Positions 16,730 through 26,007 of a stretch of DNA of 64,000 bases are shown here, piece after piece (the stretch's first letter is position 1; the number at the start of each line of letters is the position of its first letter). The stretch comes from an uncultured delta proteobacterium. GTDB taxonomy: Bacteria; Desulfobacterota; Binatia; UBA9968. The DNA lies in contig CAVYTU010000008.1 in the NCBI GenBank assembly GCA_963771465.1, positions 224,001 to 288,000 of the forward strand, in the 5' to 3' direction. The translations under genes were made by a program, and so were the position numbers. The notes below the pieces were generated by a model. That model had not been told where the DNA came from. It did not search any database and saw nothing but the letters and a program-made list of their open reading frames with translations.

Positions 16730-19700
16730 TTACATCGATAGGTTATTTAATTCCGTCGCCGCCCGAGTGAGACAATTCGTCATGTCCAGTGAACGATAAA
16801 GGTCGACGGCGGCCGAGACCTCGGCACGCGCCGGCGCCCCCGCTCCCAGCGTCGCGTGTACTTGACTTAGGCCAAAGTGACAGTGCGCCTGCAGCGGCCC
16901 CATGCCAAGCTCAACGCTCAGCGCAAAAGCTCGCTGGTAGCAGCGTCGAGCCTCGTCGGTTTTTTGCGCTGTGTGATGCAAGGCGATGTCACCGAGCAGC
17001 TTGAGCCCCCAGGCTTCATGACCTCGCTCTTTGTGCTGCCTCGACAGCTCGATGGCGCGTTCAGCGCGCTCCCGGGCCTCTTCCAGACGGCCGGACAACA
17101 GATATCCCTCAGCGAGCCAAGCGGTGCTGAGTGCTAAGAAGGCGGCCCGCCCCGCCGAAGCGAAATCCTCAACTCCCTGCTCTAAGTAAGGGATGGCTTC
17201 AGAGATGCGGCCGCAATTGGCGTAAGCCGAGCCCAATCGCGCGGCGACTAAGGGCAAATAAACCGGAATATTCGCGGCGTGGCAGATCTCTAGACCATGT
17301 TCAAGCACGGCAATAGCGCGCTCCAAGTCTCCTTTCATGAGATGAAGGACGCCCAAACTACACATCATATGGATCAGACTGACCGGGTGGTTGGTTTCTT
17401 CCGCGATGCGAATCCCGTCGTCGCCGTGGCAAACACCTTCGTTAAACTGACCGGTCATCGCCAGGGATTGGATGAGATGGCTGCGCAAGTTTACCGAGAG
17501 CACCACCGTAGTGCCGAACCGTTCATGTCTAAAGTTACCATCGACGAGTGTCATGCCGCGCTTTAGGATATCGATCGCCCGGCCATACTGGCCCGTCTGT
17601 TTATAGGCTACGCCCAGGTAATAGTACGCTACCGAACCCAGCGCGGCATCTTCGCCGATTCCCGCCAGAGCGAGGCTACGCTGGCCGATCTCGATGGCGC
17701 GTTCAGGATCGCCGACCAAGCCATAGTAGCCGTTGAGAAAGTTCAGCACCCGAGCGGTGCGCTGTTCATCGCCGAGCGCGTCGGCTAATTTTTCGGCAGC
17801 CAGCAGATGCTCGCCGACGCGCGGTAGATCGCCAAGGAGAAACAACACATTGCGGGCATCGAGGTGGAGATCGATCTCATCTCGCAATTTTTGCGCGCCG
17901 TCGGGCAAATGTTTGAGCGCGACAAAGCCGTTTTCGTAGTTTGCCATCGCTTCTAAAAACGCCGAATGGGTCATCGCTTTCGCCCCTGCTTGGCGCTGGT
18001 AGGTAAACGCTTGCTGCCAAATCTCACCATGAAAGGCGTGGCGCGCCAGGGCTTCGAGGGCATCTCCGCGGTCATCTCCCGCCAAGGCCTCCAACGTCGC
18101 CATGGTTTTGGCGTGGAGTGCGGTCCTGCGTTCATGGAGCAGCGCGCCATAAACGACTTCGTTGATGAGGGCGTGGGAAAACTTGAATTCCAACTCGGGA
18201 AATAGGCTGGTCTCGTAGAGAAATTCGGCCGCTTGCAGGTGGGCCAACGCCCGGCGAAATTCCGTTGCCGGCAAGTCGCTGACGCCGCGCAACAGCCGGT
18301 CAGAAACCGCTACACCGATCACCGCGGCGCTTTGCAACAGTTGTTTTTCATCGGCCGGTAAGCGATCGATGCGCTCGGCTAAAACCGTTTGCACGGTATT
18401 GGGAATGCGCACGTTATCGATAAACAGCGCGGGCCGATAGTTTCCCTTCGTCCCGGTCAGCACGCCGGCCTCGACCAGCGATCGCACGCTTTCTTCGACG
18501 AAGAAAGGATTGCCGTCGGTTCGCTTGATCAAGATCTCCTTGAGCGACGCCAGATCGGCGTGGCCGCCTAACAATGAATCGAGCAATTCATGAGTTCCTG
18601 TCGCCGCCAACGGATTTAAACGCAGACGGCTGTAATAGTCTTTGTTGGCCCAACTGTGGCTGTATCCCGGCCGATAGTTGACCAGCAGAAAAATGCGACC
18701 GCGCGGCAGACTTTCAACCAAAGTATCGAGAAAAACATGGGTCTCGCCGTCGATCCAGTGCAGATCTTCGAAAACCAAAAGCAGCGGCTGTCGCTGGCTC
18801 TCGCGCAAAAACAGCTCGGTCACTGCGGCGAAAGTCCGCCGTCGCTTCTCCTGCAATTCCAGACCATCGTAGCGCGCGATCGCCGCGCTAACCTCCGGCG
18901 GCAACGCCGCCAATAGACGCTGCCGCTCCGCCGGCTCAGTAGGCAAGACATCGAGTAGCGCGAGCACCGGCGGAATTGCATCGTGCAAAGACGGAGCGAG
19001 GCGCAAAACATGTTCCGCGATCATACTGGCATTTTGTGCGTCGCGCTCCGCGCTCGCCAGCGAGAAATAATTTCGTAGCAATTCGATTACCGGGAAATAG
19101 GGCGTCGCCTTACCATAGGATACCGATGGCGCTTCAAGAGCGCGCCATTGCGACGAAACGTACCTTTCGAGAAAATGTTGTAGCATGCGCGACTTGCCCA
19201 TGCCGGCTTCGCCAACGACAGCCAATATATGACTTTCGCCGGCCGCTGCGCGCTCGAGCAAGCGCTGGGCGAAATCCATTTCGCTCTGCCGGCCAACGAA
19301 CAGCGATAAGCCCCGCGCGGCCGCCGCTTGAAGCCGATTACGCGCCGCCGTGGCACAGACGACTTCGAACGCTTCGGTCGGACTGGTAAATCCCTTGACC
19401 TGCTGCGCGCCGAGAGATTTCACTTCGACAAATCCTTCCGCTTCGCGCAGCGTCTCCGCCGTAATCACGATCGCACCCGGCCCGGCCAGCGATTCCATGC
19501 GCGCCGCCAAATGCGTCGTCTGACCGAGAGCGGAGTAGTCGATGTTGAGATCGTTGGTGAGCGAGCGCACCACGACTTCGCCCGAGTTGATGCCGACGCC
19601 GATGCGTAGCGATGACGCCGTCGCCCCGGCCTTTTCCGCGGCGCGGCGGAGCTCCTCCTGCATCGCCAAAGCGGCATAGCAAGCGCGCACCGCGTGATCC

Positions 19701-20170
19701 TGGTGCGCCAAAGGCGCGCCGAATAGCGCCATGATGCCGTCGCCGAGTAATTGATTGACGGTGCCGTCGTAGCGGTGCACGGCTTCCATCATGACGCGCA
19801 ACACCGGGTCAAAATACTTGCGCACCTCTTCGGGGTCGAGTTTTTCAATGAAGCTCGTCGAGCCGCGGATATCGGCGAACAGCACGGTGACGCGCTTGCG
19901 CTCGCCTTCGATAAAGCGGCGCGACGCGAGCAGGCGATCGTTGACCTCATTGGTGGGCAACTCGGCAGCGACTGTAGCGGCTGGCGTTTGCGCGGACACA
20001 CTGGCAATGGCGCCGCCGCATTGTTTGCAGAACTTGGCGCCGCGCCGATTGGCTCCGCCGCATTGCGAACACGCGCTCTCAAACGGCCCGCCGCACTCGT
20101 CGCAGAACAGCGCGTCGGCGGCATTCACCGTCTGGCACTTCGGGCAGCTGATCGAGGTTGCATCCGTCAC
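16730..20170 (-). CDS. Double zinc ribbon - class III nucleotide cyclase - STAND/AAA ATPase - TPR protein
   Basis: Four CxxC pairs at the N-terminus; cyclase motifs LFADIRGST, GDGIMALFGAP, LAARME; Walker A GEAGMGKS; Walker B LLVFEDLHW; TPR-like C-terminal half. Confidence 0.93.
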   Translation of the reverse strand: MTDATSISCPKCQTVNAADALFCDECGGPFESACSQCGGANRRGAKFCKQCGGAIASVSAQTPAATVAAELPTNEVNDRLLASRRFIEGERKRVTVLFADIRGSTSFIEKLDPEEVRKYFDPVLRVMMEAVHRYDGTVNQLLGDGIMALFGAPLAHQDHAVRACYAALAMQEELRRAAEKAGATASSLRIGVGINSGEVVVRSLTNDLNIDYSALGQTTHLAARMESLAGPGAIVITAETLREAEGFVEVKSLGAQQVKGFTSPTEAFEVVCATAARNRLQAAAARGLSLFVGRQSEMDFAQRLLERAAAGESHILAVVGEAGMGKSRMLQHFLERYVSSQWRALEAPSVSYGKATPYFPVIELLRNYFSLASAERDAQNASMIAEHVLRLAPSLHDAIPPVLALLDVLPTEPAERQRLLAALPPEVSAAIARYDGLELQEKRRRTFAAVTELFLRESQRQPLLLVFEDLHWIDGETHVFLDTLVESLPRGRIFLLVNYRPGYSHSWANKDYYSRLRLNPLAATGTHELLDSLLGGHADLASLKEILIKRTDGNPFFVEESVRSLVEAGVLTGTKGNYRPALFIDNVRIPNTVQTVLAERIDRLPADEKQLLQSAAVIGVAVSDRLLRGVSDLPATEFRRALAHLQAAEFLYETSLFPELEFKFSHALINEVVYGALLHERRTALHAKTMATLEALAGDDRGDALEALARHAFHGEIWQQAFTYQRQAGAKAMTHSAFLEAMANYENGFVALKHLPDGAQKLRDEIDLHLDARNVLFLLGDLPRVGEHLLAAEKLADALGDEQRTARVLNFLNGYYGLVGDPERAIEIGQRSLALAGIGEDAALGSVAYYYLGVAYKQTGQYGRAIDILKRGMTLVDGNFRHERFGTTVVLSVNLRSHLIQSLAMTGQFNEGVCHGDDGIRIAEETNHPVSLIHMMCSLGVLHLMKGDLERAIAVLEHGLEICHAANIPVYLPLVAARLGSAYANCGRISEAIPYLEQGVEDFASAGRAAFLALSTAWLAEGYLLSGRLEEARERAERAIELSRQHKERGHEAWGLKLLGDIALHHTAQKTDEARRCYQRAFALSVELGMGPLQAHCHFGLSQVHATLGAGAPARAEVSAAVDLYRSLDMTNCLTRAATELNNLSM

Positions 20171-20373
20171 AATTGCGTATCTAGCGCAATTCTAATGGCG
20201 GCGCAAAGAGATTCGTTACTATCGGCGCGCCCCAAAAAGTCCCCCGTGAACCGGTCAGGTTCAGTGGCAATCGAACTGTATCGCATCGAACACCCAAAAT
20301 CCGTCTATAGACTCGACTCCGATTGTCTTTTTACTTTCGATCCCATAGCCTAGGCTGTAGAGGATCGGTGCTC

Positions 20374-21195
20374 ATGAGCCTTGCACGCCGTTTTTCTCAG
20401 ACTAAGCAGAATCTTCTTACTGCGCTGTTTTTTTTGGCGGCGCTATTTTCACCCGCTCGTTCCGCCGACGCCGCTTGCCGCGATCTGGATGTGGCGCGCA
20501 ACTTTACCTCGCTGGCTTACGCGGCGGATGTCGACGCGACGATTCAATATTTCGGCCACAACTTTTTTCTGATCACGACGGCCAAGGGCACACGTATCGT
20601 CGCCGACCCGTTGGGCCCCGGATGGTATCCCAACCCCAACGTCGCCGCCGACGTCGTCACCGTCGGTAAAGAAATGTTCAATCACAACGCCGTCCATATC
20701 GTGCGTGGCAACCCACTCATCCTGCGCGGCTTAAAAAATTACGGCGCCGATTGGAACAACGTCAGTACGACGGTCAAAGACACTTTGATCTACAACGTAC
20801 CGATTCATCAAAACGCCGATTTCGTTCAGGGCATCCACGGCTCTGCCTTCGTCTTCGATCTCGGGACATTGTGCATCGCTCACCTCGGCGACCTGAGCCA
20901 AAAATTGAACGAGCAACAGATAAAGTATTTCGGTAAGGTCGATATCGCGCTCACACCCATCGGCGGCGGCCGCACCATGGCGCCGGACTTAGCGAGAGAA
21001 GTCTTAACGCAATTGAAACCCAAGATCGCTATTCCAATGCACCACCGCGACAACCCGTACTTGATCAAACAGTTTACCGCCGGAATGAAGACGCAAATTG
21101 TCCGCTCCGACACGCTGGTCGTAAGTAAGAGTTCCCTCCCGCTACCCACCGAGATCCGAGTGCTGCAACCGCGCGGCGCGATGAGTTATGAGTAA
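20374..21195 (+). CDS. Exported MBL-fold protein (Lactamase_B_3-like) with a degenerate metal site
   Basis: YFGHNFFLI, IVADP, IAHLGDL, PIGG, IPMH; the HxHxDH position reads KEMFNH; hydrophobic signal-like N-terminus. Confidence 0.8.
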   Translation: MSLARRFSQTKQNLLTALFFLAALFSPARSADAACRDLDVARNFTSLAYAADVDATIQYFGHNFFLITTAKGTRIVADPLGPGWYPNPNVAADVVTVGKEMFNHNAVHIVRGNPLILRGLKNYGADWNNVSTTVKDTLIYNVPIHQNADFVQGIHGSAFVFDLGTLCIAHLGDLSQKLNEQQIKYFGKVDIALTPIGGGRTMAPDLAREVLTQLKPKIAIPMHHRDNPYLIKQFTAGMKTQIVRSDTLVVSKSSLPLPTEIRVLQPRGAMSYE

Positions 21196-21265
21196 CAGCG
21201 CATTCAATAAGCAATAAGCTGTGACGGCGAGCCCCGGAGCCGCGAATAATACCGGGCCAGTGGGG

Positions 21266-22543
21266 TCAGGCCATGGGAAGGGAAAGCGTAAACGTCGAAC
21301 CTTTCTCCGGTTCACTTTCGAGATTGATGGTGCCGCCGAGCAGATTGGTGAAAACTTTTACGATATAGAGCCCGAGACCGATGCCACCGTAGTTGCGCGT
21401 GCTCGAGGGGTCCGCTTGTTGGAATTTTTCAAAGATCAGATCATGGGCGTCCTTGGCAATGCCGATGCCGGTGTCTTTGACTTCGATTTCGATGCGCTTG
21501 TGGGACGCGACCGCCCGGGCGGTGATCGAAACCACTCCCTTCTCGGTAAACTTCAAGGCGTTGTTGATCAGGTTTTGCAAGATGATGGTTAATTTCATGC
21601 GATCCGCGGTGACCGTCGGCAGCGCTTCAGGAATCTCCCACCGTAACGGCACGGATTTTTGCACCGGGACGAATTTGCGGCGAATTTCATCGAGATAGTC
21701 GGACAGCGCCAATTCCTCGCGCTCCAGCGCCAAATCGCCAGTTTCGATGCGGGTGATATCCAGGACCGCATTGACGATGCCCAGGAGATGTTCGGACTGA
21801 AGCAGAATTCGATTTAGCGCGTCTTCCTGGCCGGGCATCACCTCCCCCCAAGTCTGCTCCTTGATGGCCTGAGCGTAACCGGAGATCACGTTGAGCGGCG
21901 TGCGAAATTCATGGGAGACGATATTGAGAACTTCCTTGCGGCCGTGATTTCTTAATTCCTCCTCTTGCCTGCTCGCTCTTTCCGACCGAATAAATTGGGT
22001 AAAGTAGCCGTAGTACAAAGACACAATGAACAAAAACGGCAAACGCAAAAACATGCCGGGATCAAAACTTTCCGGCGAAGATAACAGCGAGACCGAATAG
22101 AATAGCGGCGCTGCCACCGTTACCATGGCCCGCATCTTGGCGTTTTCGATGATGCAGCTTCCGAGAATAACCACGAAGAAGCTCAGGTAGAAATCCATCT
22201 GCGAGTAGCCGTTAACCACCAGCGACAAAGTGAGAACGATCGTATCCGCGACCACCAGCGGATAATAAAATGACCAGGACGGAAACCGGTCTCCGGGCAG
22301 GATATACAAAGCGACGTTGGAAGCGATGTAAAACAGCACCGCGCTGTAGGATATCCACAGCGGAACGAGATTTGCCACCGGATACAAAAGGAGATAAGTA
22401 GAGAGGATGACCACCGGCCAGCGAATCAGAATAACGCTGGGTTTCAACGACAAGCCAATTCCCTGTGTCGCCGTGGTAGTGCTGAAAGGAAATAGATCGA
22501 TACGCTTACCGCTTGCCATGCTCAAGATCTCCCTGTCTTGCAT
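21266..22543 (-). CDS. Membrane sensor histidine kinase (HisKA + HATPase_c)
   Basis: Several TM segments; H-box SHEFRTPLN; N-box NLINNALKFT; G1 DTGIGI; G2 GIGLGL. Confidence 0.93.
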   Translation of the reverse strand: MQDREILSMASGKRIDLFPFSTTTATQGIGLSLKPSVILIRWPVVILSTYLLLYPVANLVPLWISYSAVLFYIASNVALYILPGDRFPSWSFYYPLVVADTIVLTLSLVVNGYSQMDFYLSFFVVILGSCIIENAKMRAMVTVAAPLFYSVSLLSSPESFDPGMFLRLPFLFIVSLYYGYFTQFIRSERASRQEEELRNHGRKEVLNIVSHEFRTPLNVISGYAQAIKEQTWGEVMPGQEDALNRILLQSEHLLGIVNAVLDITRIETGDLALEREELALSDYLDEIRRKFVPVQKSVPLRWEIPEALPTVTADRMKLTIILQNLINNALKFTEKGVVSITARAVASHKRIEIEVKDTGIGIAKDAHDLIFEKFQQADPSSTRNYGGIGLGLYIVKVFTNLLGGTINLESEPEKGSTFTLSLPMA

Positions 22544-22560
22544 CGGTCACGATCTCGGGG

Positions 22561-22584
22561 ATTATAACTTGTCAAAGCTTTGAC
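22561..22584 (-). promoter_or_regulatory. TATAAT -10 box with an adjacent perfect 14-bp palindrome (candidate operator) upstream of the kinase
   Basis: GTCAAAGCTTTGAC at 22571-22584; ATTATA at 22561-22566 (TATAAT on the minus strand). Confidence 0.5.
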
Positions 22585-22920
22585 TGCTAAAAAATATCGC
22601 GAATAACGCGCAAGTGTGCGGCGCAGTCGTGTTCAGTTAAAGGAACTTGCTGGACGTTACCGACCTTCTGAAAGGAATCGAGATAATTTCACTCCGTTAC
22701 CGATGGCGCAGCAGGTTTGACCGCCGCGCGCTAGCCAAAGCGATGGTCGCGGCGTTAGACGACGCGTAAGTTTTTTAGCCGTTTTACGTATTTCTCTCCG
22801 ACGCGAGCAAGCGCCTACCGCTAGAGTCATCCTTGTGATCGGACGGTGGATTTGATCGATTTTTCTTGAATAAGCCGCCTAGCTCAGTTACGGTCGGCAT
22901 CACATCAAGGGCGTATAGAC

Positions 22921-23355
22921 ATGGAATGGTGGATCTGGCTTTTGTTCGGACTCTCGCTGCTGCTCGGCGAACTCCTGACGCCCGGCGGTTTTTACATTTT
23001 CTTTTTCGGCATCGGCGCCCTCGTCGTCGGCGTTCTTACCGGTTTGAACCTCGCCGGCCCGGCATGGTTTCAGTTCATACTCTTCTCCGTCGTATCGGTT
23101 CTCACTCTCTGGTTGTTTCGCGAGAAGCTTTTGCAACTGACCCGCGCTAGGACCACCGACGTAGTCGATAGCCTGATCGGCGAGACCGCCGTGATCCTCG
23201 ACGAAATCTCCGCCAATGGCATCGGCAAAGCGGAAGCGCGCGGGACCTCGTGGACCGCGCGCAACCTCGGCGATCAGGCGCTGGCGCGCGGCGTGCGCTG
23301 TAAAGTGGAGAAAGTGGAAGGCCTTACGCTATTCGTCCGCGCCGAGAAAATCTAG
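22921..23355 (+). CDS. NfeD/YbbJ family membrane protein
   Basis: Hydrophobic N-terminus (GELLTPG), C-terminal OB fold (GTSWTA...VEKVEGLTLFV); adjacent to an SPFH gene. Confidence 0.9.
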   Translation: MEWWIWLLFGLSLLLGELLTPGGFYIFFFGIGALVVGVLTGLNLAGPAWFQFILFSVVSVLTLWLFREKLLQLTRARTTDVVDSLIGETAVILDEISANGIGKAEARGTSWTARNLGDQALARGVRCKVEKVEGLTLFVRAEKI

Positions 23356-23357
23356 AA

Positions 23358-24311
23358 ATGGAGAGCGCCATGGGTGGATTCATCGTCGTCATCGTTTTGG
23401 CGTTGGTCATCATCGTCATCGTCGCCAAGACCGCCGTCGTCGTGCCGCAGCAAAGTGCCTTCGTGGTCGAACGTCTCGGCAAATTCAGCGGCACGCTTGG
23501 CGCCGGCTTTCATATTCTCGTGCCCTTCTTCGATGTGATTCGCTACAAACATTCTTTGAAGGAACAGGCAATCGACATACCACCGCAGGTTTGTATCACC
23601 CGAGACAACGTTCAGGTGTCAGTGGACGGCGTGCTTTATCTGAAAGTTCTCAATCCCGAGCGCGCGTCCTACGGTATCGGCGATTATATTTTCGGCATTA
23701 CCCAGCTGGCGCAAACCACGCTGCGCAGCGAGCTTGGCAAGATCGAACTGGACCGCACCTTTGAGGAGCGCACCAATATCAATACCCAGGTGGTGACCGA
23801 GCTGGACAAAGCGTCGGAAGCCTGGGGCATCAAAGTGATGCGCTACGAGATCAAGAACATCACGCCGCCCCATGATGTGCTCGCCGCCATGGAGAAGCAG
23901 ATGCGCGCCGAACGGGAAAAGCGCGCGGTGATCCTAACCTCCGAAGGTCAAAGAGACGCTGCCATTAACAGCGCCGAAGGCGATAAACAGCAGGTGATCA
24001 AGGCCTCCGAGGCGAATAAACAGCAACAGATCAATGAAGCGGAGGGCGAAGCGTCGGCGATTCTAGCGATTGCTGAAGCGACCGCCGCCGGTATCAGAAA
24101 AGTCGCCGAAGCGATCGAGCAACCGGGCGGATTTGAAGCGGTCCAGCTGCGCGTCGCGGAAAACTATTTGACCCAGTTCGGCAAGCTCGCACAGGAAGGC
24201 AACACGCTGATCCTGCCGGCGACGTTAAGCGACGTCGGCTCGATGATCTCCCTGGCGATGAATGTCATCAAACAACAAGGCAATGCCTCCGGCGGCGCCG
24301 CCAAAGGGTAA
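23358..24311 (+). CDS. qmcA: SPFH/stomatin-like protein (QmcA/paraslipin)
   Basis: VVERLGK, CITRDNV, LAQTTLRS, MEKQMRAEREKRA; alternative start at 23370. Confidence 0.9.
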   Translation: MESAMGGFIVVIVLALVIIVIVAKTAVVVPQQSAFVVERLGKFSGTLGAGFHILVPFFDVIRYKHSLKEQAIDIPPQVCITRDNVQVSVDGVLYLKVLNPERASYGIGDYIFGITQLAQTTLRSELGKIELDRTFEERTNINTQVVTELDKASEAWGIKVMRYEIKNITPPHDVLAAMEKQMRAEREKRAVILTSEGQRDAAINSAEGDKQQVIKASEANKQQQINEAEGEASAILAIAEATAAGIRKVAEAIEQPGGFEAVQLRVAENYLTQFGKLAQEGNTLILPATLSDVGSMISLAMNVIKQQGNASGGAAKG

Positions 24312-24353
24312 CACAAGGACGCCACGTCGCGCCTGGTAAACGGTTGCGTCGAA

Positions 24354-25901
24354 TCATGGATTCGGCTTTAGACCTTTTCCCATGGCAAGCAAAAACATTA
24401 CGCTCTTACCGGCGCCATGGGGCGAGAAAAACTCCGTCACGTCGTCATCGAAGAACGTAAGTCCCGACGCGCTTAGCCGCTGGGCGTAGGCGGCGAGGTA
24501 GAGTTTGCCCGCCAGGATCGCCGCTTCGAGTTGCGCCGCGCGATAACCGCGGTTGCCGAACCGTTGCAGAACCACTTCGAGGTCGCTTAGAAAATAAACA
24601 TTGACGCTGCAATCGGCGGGAATTTCCTGCCCCAGTCCGAGATCGCCCGCCGCGCGGCGAAACTCGCCTTCTTTTAACAATTCCAGCGCGCCCTCGGCGC
24701 GCCGATAGAAATAAGCGCCCGCCGGCAGCTCATCGACCGCGTGAACGATCAAATAAATCGCGTTGAGAGATTCGTCCGAGCCGTTGAGAAAATCAGCGGA
24801 AATTCCGCGGCACACCCGATCGAGCGCAGTCGAAAGTTCTGTGAAGGTAATCGACAGGCGGGCAAAACGGCGCGCTGAACCGCGTCGAACGATCACTTCT
24901 TCGATCTTGTCCGGTGGCAGCGCGCCATCGTCCAACGGCTTGAGTGGAAACAAGCGCCCAGTTGTTTTTTGCTCGTGGCGCGCCGAAGCGCCGATCGCTT
25001 CTCCACGCCAAGCTGCCACCTCTGCTCCAGTCGCCAATGCGGAGGCGCGCTGGATTTCCCGTATCGCCGGATAATCAATTTCCTTCTTCGACAACGGCAC
25101 CGTCACCGGTGCAAGCGATGCAAGGACAGGTGCGGGCAGAACCGTGCCTTCACTCGATGCGCCGAGCGCAACCAGCGAAAGCGGCGCCTCCCGTTGGTCA
25201 TCCAATGCCAACAGCTCGCTCACGCTATCGTCGACGAAACCGGCAACCACATGTGCGGAAATAGCGCGCGCCGCCGCTGCGGCCAAGAGATTGGCGAGCA
25301 GGGTACCGTTGTCCCAGAAGCAATGACGGTAGGCGCGCGCCTGATACTTCCATGCATTGCGCCAAAATGTCGACGCCGAGATCACGCTGCACGGCGCTCC
25401 GGCGATCGCCGGCTCCGCCCCGCTGGCCGCCACCAGAACCGCGCGAAAGTCGCCCTGGCGCAAGCACCGCAGTGAAAAGTCATGGGGGCTGAAGTGATAC
25501 ACTCCCGCCGCCAAGTCTTCGATCGCGCCGCAGACCAAATACACATCGATGTGATAGAGCGCGCCGGTACACGCCGCGGCGCGAAACAGAATCTCGCCGC
25601 CAGAGTAAGTTCGTCGCCGCGTGATACCGGCAGAGAGAAAAAGCAGCGCCACAAGAACTTCGCGGGTTAACTTCGAACCACCTTGCGAACTCGTGGGAAA
25701 GGCGGAGATTGCGGCAAGCGCCGGCATTGCTGACGACGAAATTGTTTGGCTCAGCGCGCTCGGCTCGATCTCGGGATAAATCTTAAACGGCAACGGCTGG
25801 TTCTCCCAATCGAGATAATGCGGATTGGCGCGAATGCTTTGGTAGGAATGCTTGGTGCCGTTGTGATACGCCCAAGCGGCTTTTACGTCTCGGTTGTTCA
25901 T
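24354..25901 (-). CDS. SagB/ThcOx-family two-domain nitroreductase-like protein
   Basis: YHNGTKHS, FRAAACTGALY, WKYQARAYR, RRGSARRF, RGYRAAQLEA. Confidence 0.88.
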   Translation of the reverse strand: MNNRDVKAAWAYHNGTKHSYQSIRANPHYLDWENQPLPFKIYPEIEPSALSQTISSSAMPALAAISAFPTSSQGGSKLTREVLVALLFLSAGITRRRTYSGGEILFRAAACTGALYHIDVYLVCGAIEDLAAGVYHFSPHDFSLRCLRQGDFRAVLVAASGAEPAIAGAPCSVISASTFWRNAWKYQARAYRHCFWDNGTLLANLLAAAAARAISAHVVAGFVDDSVSELLALDDQREAPLSLVALGASSEGTVLPAPVLASLAPVTVPLSKKEIDYPAIREIQRASALATGAEVAAWRGEAIGASARHEQKTTGRLFPLKPLDDGALPPDKIEEVIVRRGSARRFARLSITFTELSTALDRVCRGISADFLNGSDESLNAIYLIVHAVDELPAGAYFYRRAEGALELLKEGEFRRAAGDLGLGQEIPADCSVNVYFLSDLEVVLQRFGNRGYRAAQLEAAILAGKLYLAAYAQRLSASGLTFFDDDVTEFFSPHGAGKSVMFLLAMGKGLKPNP

Positions 25902-26007
25902 GCCCTGCTTGGGCACTCTTAACAGAATAAAAAGGCCGCAGCCATGGGCCGTCTACCCACTCGTCACTCGCCACGCATCACTAGAGCCGTCGCGCGGTTC
26001 CATAGGC

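Noticed and set aside
2304-20353. Many long plus-strand ORFs opposite the NRPS and cyclase genes (e.g. 5689..6522, 13117..13785, 15244..16053)
   Set aside because: Typical antisense open frames of GC-rich coding DNA with no domain motifs.
20171-20373. Sigma-54 (-24/-12) promoter linking the activator to the NRPS operon
   Set aside because: No TGGCAC-N5-TTGC match with correct spacing was seen here or upstream of the small gene.
24354-25916. SagB-like dehydrogenase as part of a RiPP (azole) cluster with the nearby MFS
   Set aside because: No YcaO, E1-like protein or precursor peptide is nearby; stand-alone two-domain members are common.
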